Origin: Fibrobacteria bacterium
GTDB lineage: Bacteria > Fibrobacterota > Fibrobacteria > UBA11236
DNA: 64,000 bases
Assembly: GCA_021155885.1 (NCBI GenBank)
Contig: JAJNBB010000003.1
Location: forward strand, 9,528-73,527
Direction: 5' to 3'
Part shown: positions 54,919 to 64,000 of the stretch, one piece after another
Numbering within the stretch: the stretch's first letter is position 1
Layout of the letters: each line of letters opens with the position of its first letter
Program-made: the position numbers and the translations under genes
Notes under the pieces: model-generated
Seen by the model: only the letters and a program-made list of their open reading frames with translations
Databases searched by the model: none
What the model was told of the DNA's origin: nothing

Positions 54919-54947
54919 AAAAACCCCGCTGCAAGGCGGGGTTTTTT
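54919..54947. terminator. bidirectional rho-independent terminator
   Basis: AAAAACCCCGC-TGCAAG-GCGGGGTTTTTT, between the convergent 53158 gene and carB. Confidence 0.75.
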
Positions 54948-54967
54948 GTTCACCATCCGGGCGACGA

Positions 54968-58198
<3,231 letters not shown>

Positions 58199-58442
58199 GA
58201 AACCGGTCCCGTTCTTGGAAAAAAGGGGCGAAAAAACGAAAAACCGGGGGAAAGATAGTTCTTATGGGGGCTGGGTTGTACCCCGGATTTGACCGGATTT
58301 GGGGGTGGAAAAGGAAGGAAAAGGATTACGCGGCCGGCGCCGGGGCGGTCCATGAGCGGTAGGGTCACTACCCCATCCCACTTCGCCGAACCGGGTTCTA
58401 TCTCGGTACCTCGTATTCACCCGCCCCGCAAACGAGGTCTCC

Positions 58443-58565
58443 GTGAAAGAGCAATCCCTGCGCACCCTGCTTTGGCTCACTGTCCTCATGACCCTCCTCT
58501 TGATCACGGGCTGCAGCGCCCACCTCGAAGCCCAAAAGGCCACGCTCATTGAGCGGAAGGTCTAG
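58443..58565 (+). CDS. tiny lipoprotein, truncated member of the tandem family (40 aa, GTG start)
   Basis: VKEQSLRTLLWLTVLMTLLLITGCSAHLEAQKATLIERKV, with a lipobox, GAGG RBS and the same leader as the next gene. It may be a decayed copy. Confidence 0.35.
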   Translation: MKEQSLRTLLWLTVLMTLLLITGCSAHLEAQKATLIERKV

Positions 58566-58685
58566 GGCACCGGCCAGGGTCATGCTCAAATTCCGTGGTC
58601 CCGGTTAGGGTCATTACCCTATCCCACCCCGCCGAACCGGGTTCTATCTCGTTGCACATACTCCCCCACCCGCAACGAGGTCCCC

Positions 58686-58883
58686 ATGAAAAGCCAAACC
58701 ATCGCTCCCCTCCTCTGGCTCGCCATCTCCATGGCCGTCCTGTCGTTCACCGCCTGTGGCACCAAGACCGAAACTCAAAAGACCACGGTCATCGAGCGCC
58801 AGGTCGAGTCGCCGAACGAGGTCAGCGTTTCGATCACCGGGAAAAAGAAGGGCAGCCATCTGCATATATCGGGTGGAGAATAG
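58686..58883 (+). CDS. small lipoprotein family member 2 (65 aa)
   Basis: Lipobox SFTAC, then GTKTETQKTTVIERQ...VSVSITGKKKG. GAGG RBS. Confidence 0.55.
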   Translation: MKSQTIAPLLWLAISMAVLSFTACGTKTETQKTTVIERQVESPNEVSVSITGKKKGSHLHISGGE

Positions 58884-59026
58884 GGGCGACGGTACGGCCG
58901 GGCCCGCGGCCTTCCCGGGCGCCTCTACCCCATTGCCGTCCCGGCAAAACCTTGTATGCTAATTGCATGGCGCCGGAATCACCCTGGCGCTCGGTTCGAT
59001 ATCCCCCAAGACCCTAGGAGGTCCTC

Positions 59027-59257
59027 ATGAAAAACGCATTGCTTACTTTGCTCGCTCTCTCTCTGTCCGCCCTTGCATTCACGGCCTGCGGCACGAAAAC
59101 CGAAACCGAAAAGACCACGGTCATTGAGAAGGAAGTACCTGTCCCGGCCCCTGCCCCGGTCGTGGTTGAGCCGAAGCCCGAACCCAAGCCCAATGTCTCC
59201 ATCACAGTCAAGGGAGATGGCGAAAACACCGAGTATGAGGTCCACGGCGAGAAATGA
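59027..59257 (+). CDS. small lipoprotein family member 3 (76 aa)
   Basis: Lipobox AFTAC, then GTKTETEKTTVIEK, a Pro-rich linker, and NVSITVKGDGENTEYEVHGEK. GGAGG RBS. Confidence 0.6.
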   Translation: MKNALLTLLALSLSALAFTACGTKTETEKTTVIEKEVPVPAPAPVVVEPKPEPKPNVSITVKGDGENTEYEVHGEK

Positions 59258-59306
59258 CACGTTGTCGCTTCTGAAACGCGTATTCCCCTAACCCAAAGAG
59301 GTTCCC

Positions 59307-59510
59307 ATGAAAAAGCCCATCGCACGCATTCTCCCGCTTGTCGCCCTGTCCATGATCGCCTTTTCGATCACCGCCTGCGGCACGAAGACCGAAACGGAAA
59401 AGACCACGGTCATTGAGAAGCCGGCCCCGGTAGAGAAGAAGCCCAATGTCTCCATCACGGTCGAAGGAGATGGAAAAAACACCGAGTATGAGGTCCACGG
59501 CGAGAAATGA
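59307..59510 (+). CDS. small lipoprotein family member 4 (67 aa)
   Basis: Lipobox SITAC, then GTKTETEKTTVIEK...NVSITVEGDGKNTEYEVHGEK. AGAGG RBS. Confidence 0.6.
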   Translation: MKKPIARILPLVALSMIAFSITACGTKTETEKTTVIEKPAPVEKKPNVSITVEGDGKNTEYEVHGEK

Positions 59511-59539
59511 ACCCGGGGGCATCGCGGTTCGCGATGCTC

Positions 59540-60070
59540 CTACAGCAACCGGATATCGTTCGTGATATAAACCGGTTCGCCTGCTTCGACCCGCGCGCCT
59601 TTCGTGAGCGCGTGCACCTTCGCTTCCCCAGTCCCGGCGATGTGCCTCACTTCGATCCCCTTCGCCGTCAATGCGTCCGCCACGAGCTGGCGATGACACC
59701 GCCACCACACGGCCTCGGAGCACAAGATCGCCGCCCGCTTGCCGGAGGCGACCCGTTCCAGCTCCTCCAGGGCCGCCTTGAACTCCGGCGTCTCCATGTA
59801 GTCCGCATAGCCCCGAAAGGAGGCGTTGCGCCAGAGGGTGTTGCGCGAGCCCGGCCGGACGCTCCGGCGGCCTCCCAGGGCCTCGAAATGGCGGTAGGCG
59901 ATCTTTTCGGAGGCCAGGGCCGCCGCGAGGGCTTCGGCATGGAACCAGGGGTATCGGCGCGAGGCGGGATACCGGCGGATGTCCGCCACAAGTTCGATGG
60001 AATGGGCCTTGAGAATATCCAGGAATTCGGGAAGGGAGAGAGTGGAATGGCCTATCGTCCAAAGCTGCAT
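59540..60070 (-). CDS. DUF488 domain protein
   Basis: LWTIGHSTLSLPEFLDILKAHSIELVADIRRYPASRR...LCSEAVWWRCHR matches the DUF488 pattern. Confidence 0.8.
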   Translation of the reverse strand: MQLWTIGHSTLSLPEFLDILKAHSIELVADIRRYPASRRYPWFHAEALAAALASEKIAYRHFEALGGRRSVRPGSRNTLWRNASFRGYADYMETPEFKAALEELERVASGKRAAILCSEAVWWRCHRQLVADALTAKGIEVRHIAGTGEAKVHALTKGARVEAGEPVYITNDIRLL

Positions 60071-60085
60071 GGGGGTAATATGGAT

Positions 60086-60121
60086 AAAAAGGCGGAGCGT
60101 TCGTCACGCCCCGCCTTTTTT
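60086..60121 (-). terminator. rho-independent terminator after the 60146-60349 ORF
   Basis: GGCGGAGCG (60091-99) pairs with CGCCCCGCC (60107-15) with one mismatch. T-runs are present on both strands. Confidence 0.6.
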
Positions 60122-60145
60122 GGATACGGTCCTCACCGCGTAGCG

Positions 60146-60349
60146 CTAGTCGCGATAGCTGAAAAGCTCGCGGTCGTTCAGACGGTCGAAGGAGCGGCGG
60201 CTGCGGTCGCCCAATTCGAGGGTCTGGACGTCGTCGTCTTCCAGCGAGAAGGTGACGGACTGCTCGAGGGAGTCCGCTTCTTGCATGCGAAGCGCGTCAT
60301 CGTTGAACTCTTCGATTTCATCGGTGCGGCGTTTGTACGTGCGTGCCAT
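60146..60349 (-). CDS. small acidic hypothetical protein (67 aa)
   Basis: MARTYKRRTDEIEEFNDDALRMQEADSLEQ..., with a GGAG RBS and a terminator downstream. No family recognised. Confidence 0.45.
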   Translation of the reverse strand: MARTYKRRTDEIEEFNDDALRMQEADSLEQSVTFSLEDDDVQTLELGDRSRRSFDRLNDRELFSYRD

Positions 60350-60649
60350 GAGAGGCTCCTCATTTGAAGGGTGCTTGATTGCATCCCGAGCCGTATTATC
60401 GAAAAGTTTTTTCGCGCCGTCACGCGCGAAAGGCCCGGTTTACCGCGTTCGGACGATGGTTGTTTTTCCGCTTTGTTGTGGCGTGCAACACCCGGTAACA
60501 AGGGCGGTTCTTTTGTTGCAGGCCCGCACATTTTCAGGAAGATTCATGAAGGGCGTGTAACGTCTTGCGAAGCTTCAGGGCTTCGTAAGAAATTGCAACA
60601 GCCGAAAAAAAGTTTGGGATCCGGCCCGCGCGATGCGGGTAAACCCTAC

Positions 60650-62683
60650 CTATCCGGCCGGGGAGGACTCCAGCCAGGCTTCGGCGCGCGCGCCCAGGTC
60701 ACGGATCAGGTCGGCGTCGGCGAGCAGGTCGGTGAAGCGCAGCGCGCCGAAGCCGCTCTGGCGCGCTCCATCAAGACTCCCCGCGCCGCGGCGCAGCAGA
60801 TCCATTTCGGCGATCTTGAAGCCGTCCTCCGTCGAGGCGAAACCGCGCAGGCGCTCCTCTGTTTCGTCGGGCCACCCGATCGCCGCGGGCTCGAGGAGAA
60901 AGCACCACGCCTGCGCGGAGCCGCGCCCCGTGCGGCCCCGCAGCTGATGCAACTGCGCCACGCCGAAGCGGTCCGCGCCCTCGACCACCATCAGGTTGGC
61001 TCCCGGCACGTCCACGCCCACTTCGATCACCGTGGTCGCCACCAGGGCGTGGATCTCCCCGCGCCGGAAAGCCGCGAGAATGCGGTCCCGCTCGGGCGCG
61101 GGCACGCGGCCGTGCACGGCCTCCACGGTCCAGTTTTCTCCAGCGCGCCCCGCCGCGCGCAAGCGTTTCACCGCGTTCTCGATGGCCGGAATGGCGTCCG
61201 CTTCGTCTCCCCCGGAATCGATATCGTCCCCCCTCCCCGAGGCGGGATCGAGGGGGGTAATTCTCGGCACCACCCAGTAAACCTGGTTGTGGTTCGTCAA
61301 GGCTTCGGCCCGCAGGAAGGACAACAATTCCGCCTGCTTGTGAGAAGGCACGAGGCGCGTCTTCACCGGCACGCGTCCCGGCGGCTTTTCCTTCAACGTC
61401 AGGACGTCGAGATCGCCGTATAGCGACTGCGCCAGCGTGCGCGGGATCGGGGTGGCGGAGAGATACAAGGTGTGAGGTTCGTTACCCTTTTGGGTCAACA
61501 ACGCGCGCTGTTCCACCCCGAAGCGATGCTGTTCGTCCACCAGGACGAAGCGCAGGTCGGCGAAGGCCACGCCTTGCGACAACAGGGCATGCGTCCCGAG
61601 GGCCACGCGCAGGGAACCTTCCGCGAGGCGGGCCTCGAGCGCGCGGCGTTCCGCCGGCGGGGTGTCCCCCGTCAATAGCCCCGTCGAAATCCCCGCGGCG
61701 CGCAGCCAGGGTTCCATGTTCCGGTAATGCTGCGCCGCAAGCACTTCGGTGGGGGCCAGCAAGGCCACCTGCGCCCCGGCCCCCGCGACGCGAACGGCGG
61801 AGAGCAAGGCCACCGCGGTCTTGCCCGAGCCCACGTCTCCGTGCAGCAGGCCGAAGAACTGTCCTCCCGCCCCAAGTGCGGTCGTGATCTCTTCCAGGAC
61901 CTCCTCCTGGCCCGCCGTGAGCGCGAAGGGCAGGGCGGCTCGCACGGCGGCCTCCGCGGCGCTGGTCTCCGGCGTGGCGGGAAAACGCCGCCCGCGCGCG
62001 CGCCGTTCCCGGCGCGCCTGCGCCCGCTTCAAGCACAAAGGCCACAACTCGCGCAGTTTCAATTCCGCCAGGGCCGCCTCCACTTCGGCGAGAGACTCGG
62101 GGGCGTGCAGGATTTTCAACGCCTCGACTTCGGGACGCAGCCCGAGCCGTGACCGTTCCGCGGGGGACAAGGGGTCGGAGAACTGAAAGGAAGAAAGGGC
62201 CTCGAGCGCCAGCTTTTGCAGCAGCTTGTGCTCCGCGCGCGTCTCCGCCAGCTCGCCCGTGAGCGGGTACACCGGGAGCAACCCGCCGCGCGGGTCCTGG
62301 TCCTCGCGCAGGATCTCCCATTCGGGGTGGGCGATCTGCAGCGAGCGGAAACGCTTGACTTGCCCCGCCACCGAGAGGCGGCGTCCCGGGTAAAGCTGCT
62401 CCGTGAGAAAGCGCGCGGCGCGGAAGAAAGCCAGTTCGAACGAGCCCGTATCGTCGGAGACGCGCACGATCAGGCGTCCGGGGGGCGTTTGCACGGAATC
62501 GATATGGCAGGTAAAAAAAGCATCGTCCCCTTCGCGCAGGGTCGCGATGGGCGTGATTCGGGTCCGGTCGACGTACCGGCGCGGGATGTGATACACCAGA
62601 TCACGCAAAGTGGTTAATCCCGCCGCTTCCAAGGCCTTAAGACGCTTTGGGCCCACGCCGGTCAACCGTGAAAGTTCGGACAT
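60650..62683 (-). CDS. recG: ATP-dependent DNA helicase RecG
   Basis: Wedge domain followed by helicase motifs GDVGSGKT, DEQHRFGV, SATPIPRT and QLHQLRGRTGRG. The start is set to ATG 62683 (MSELSRLTGVGPKR). Confidence 0.92.
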   Translation of the reverse strand: MSELSRLTGVGPKRLKALEAAGLTTLRDLVYHIPRRYVDRTRITPIATLREGDDAFFTCHIDSVQTPPGRLIVRVSDDTGSFELAFFRAARFLTEQLYPGRRLSVAGQVKRFRSLQIAHPEWEILREDQDPRGGLLPVYPLTGELAETRAEHKLLQKLALEALSSFQFSDPLSPAERSRLGLRPEVEALKILHAPESLAEVEAALAELKLRELWPLCLKRAQARRERRARGRRFPATPETSAAEAAVRAALPFALTAGQEEVLEEITTALGAGGQFFGLLHGDVGSGKTAVALLSAVRVAGAGAQVALLAPTEVLAAQHYRNMEPWLRAAGISTGLLTGDTPPAERRALEARLAEGSLRVALGTHALLSQGVAFADLRFVLVDEQHRFGVEQRALLTQKGNEPHTLYLSATPIPRTLAQSLYGDLDVLTLKEKPPGRVPVKTRLVPSHKQAELLSFLRAEALTNHNQVYWVVPRITPLDPASGRGDDIDSGGDEADAIPAIENAVKRLRAAGRAGENWTVEAVHGRVPAPERDRILAAFRRGEIHALVATTVIEVGVDVPGANLMVVEGADRFGVAQLHQLRGRTGRGSAQAWCFLLEPAAIGWPDETEERLRGFASTEDGFKIAEMDLLRRGAGSLDGARQSGFGALRFTDLLADADLIRDLGARAEAWLESSPAG

Positions 62684-62938
62684 GGGAGCCAAATTAGCTT
62701 CCGCGCGGGGGAAGGCGCCCGAAATCCCGGACCCTGACTTTACGGAACCTTTCAACGCGCCATCCACACCCGAAACCAGTCATATTGTTCATAAAAACGC
62801 AAAATACCCAACAATACCCTGAGCTAAACGGAACATTACGCTTTATAATAGAAGAACGTCACTAGAGGGTGACTTGCCATGGGCCGCCGTGCGTGGCCTA
62901 GACTTCAATCATTCCGGGGAGGAAACTTGAACATCTCT

Positions 62939-64000
62939 ATGCATCCTTTAAAAATGCTGTCGGCGGTCGCCGCCTTGACGGCGTTCGCCCACGCGGGCGA
63001 TTATAGCACCTGGGCGAAATATCGCCCTGTCACCCTGAGCACCAGCGGGATGGGGCTGTCGGCCGCCGTGGCCAACTACCCCGTCTCGATTCGTTTCAAG
63101 GCGTCCGCCCACCGCGACATGCTCGACAGCGCCGCCACCCAGATCCAAGCCGGCGGCACTGACGTCCGCGTGACCTTGGCGGACGGCACCACCGACGTTC
63201 CCTTCGAAATCGAACACGCCTCCACCGGCCCGAACGGCCGGCTCCACCTGTGGGTGCTGGCGTCGAACGTGCCGGCCAACAACCCCGCCGCCGCGACTTT
63301 CCGCGTGTATTGGGGCAAGACGGGCCAGACCACGATGTCGAACCCGGCGGCCACCTTCCCGACCAGCGCGGGCTTCCAGGCCGTCTTCCACATGAACGAT
63401 AGCGGCTCGACCATCACCAACGCCGCCAACAGCAGCCTGAACGGCTCCGCCTTCGGCACGTCGACCACCACTGGCCAGTCGGCCGCCCAGGGGTACGTGT
63501 CCGCCAAGAGTGGCCTGTACGTGCGTACCTTCGGGAACAGCGGCGGCGGCGAGGCGAACGATGCCGCCACGGCGAACTACATCAAGTTCTCCCCCGGCGC
63601 CGGGCACATCCTGAGCACCCATACGGGGCCCCTCACGATGGAAGGCTGGGTGTATTCGAGCATTTCGCAAACCGGCCATACTTCGCAGGGCACCAAGCAC
63701 ATCATCGCGCACGGCGACGGCAACACCGGCGGCAAGGCCTGGTTCGCCCGCACGGCCGCTCTCGACGGCTCCAGCGCGCAGAACCACTACAGCGCGGGCG
63801 GCCCGAACTCCATCCGCGGCCCGATTTCTCCTTTCGGCGAACAGCACCACTGGCAGTATGTCTCCGCCATTTGGGACGGCACGAACTGGTTCATTCACCG
63901 CCAGCGCGAGATCAACTTCTGGAACATCCCGACCGTCGACGGCCCCGGCGGCATGACTCCCGATTCGGCGACCTATAAGATCATTCCCGGGACCGCGCCC
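62939..64000 (+). CDS. third DUF2341-LamG paralog, 5-prime part (open to the window end)
   Basis: This frame is stop-free from ATG 62939 to 64000. MHPLKMLSAVAALTAFAHAGDYSTWAKYRPVTLSTSGMGLSAAVANYPVSIRF...DVRVTLADGTTDVPFEIEH...FRVYWGKTG aligns residue-for-residue with the N-terminus of the 48653 gene. It is not in the ORF track because it has no stop. Confidence 0.75.
   Translation, partial: MHPLKMLSAVAALTAFAHAGDYSTWAKYRPVTLSTSGMGLSAAVANYPVSIRFKASAHRDMLDSAATQIQAGGTDVRVTLADGTTDVPFEIEHASTGPNGRLHLWVLASNVPANNPAAATFRVYWGKTGQTTMSNPAATFPTSAGFQAVFHMNDSGSTITNAANSSLNGSAFGTSTTTGQSAAQGYVSAKSGLYVRTFGNSGGGEANDAATANYIKFSPGAGHILSTHTGPLTMEGWVYSSISQTGHTSQGTKHIIAHGDGNTGGKAWFARTAALDGSSAQNHYSAGGPNSIRGPISPFGEQHHWQYVSAIWDGTNWFIHRQREINFWNIPTVDGPGGMTPDSATYKIIPGTAP

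Noticed and set aside
58289-59017. Tracked ORFs 58289-58552 and 58595-59017, which overlap the small-lipoprotein array in other frames.
   Set aside because: They lack an RBS and have Pro/Arg/His-rich compositions. The alternative frames give four homologous lipobox-containing peptides with consistent RBS spacing.
62948-63898. A 316-aa minus-strand ORF in the last kilobase.
   Set aside because: It is antisense to an open plus-strand frame whose product aligns closely with the N-terminus of the 48653 DUF2341-LamG protein. The minus-strand product is low-complexity.

Overview
This is a GC-rich bacterial chromosomal segment. All calls come from reading the sequence and the ORF track by eye, with no searches run. 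I support about 60 protein genes, 2 tRNAs (Ser-GGA, Gln-CTG), several hairpin terminators and a few repeat or operator candidates.

Gene content in window order:
- 1-11 kb: the metG 5-prime end, cysG, a processive GT2 glycosyltransferase, yqgE/algH-family, gltB-gltD.
- 11-16 kb: DedA, then a type III polyketide synthase with two orphan lipoproteins, a His-rich membrane protein and a UbiG-like methyltransferase.
- 16-19.7 kb: two small disordered hydrophilic proteins, tgt, radA.
- 19.9-30.6 kb: a complete cbb3 oxidase locus (TauE/DsbD_2-like, cytochrome c, ccoS, fused ccoNO, ccoQ-like, ccoP, ccoG, ccoH/FixH, ccoI), an Rrf2 regulator and convergent hemN.
- 30.7-38.6 kb: an mlaF/mlaE pair split by three c-type cytochrome genes, then dnaB, a divergent UDG-like gene, coaBC, rpoZ and tRNA-Ser.
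- 38.8-46.3 kb: two ABC exporter genes, tRNA-Gln, and a short lower-GC islet (RHH protein, PHP-domain protein, membrane GT2).
- 46.4-64 kb: a TPR lipoprotein, three paralogous DUF2341-LamG-FN3 surface proteins (one tri-modular, 1428 aa), carB, a tandem array of four tiny lipoprotein genes, DUF488 and recG.

I found no rRNA, CRISPR array, transposase, integrase, prophage or recognisable defence system, and no single obviously novel multi-gene system.

The items most worth a second look:
1. Two related intergenic elements built from four tandem heptamers plus their inverted copy, flanking the ABC exporter genes.
2. A 22-bp 7-8-7 palindromic motif shared by the cbb3 operon and hemN upstream regions, with an Fe-S-type Rrf2 regulator between them.
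3. The type III PKS neighbourhood.
4. The small-lipoprotein array with duplicated leaders.
5. The Mla transporter interrupted by cytochromes.

The fused ccoNO and the FlgD/T9SS-like C-terminal domains hint at an FCB-superphylum-like organism. This is inference only.
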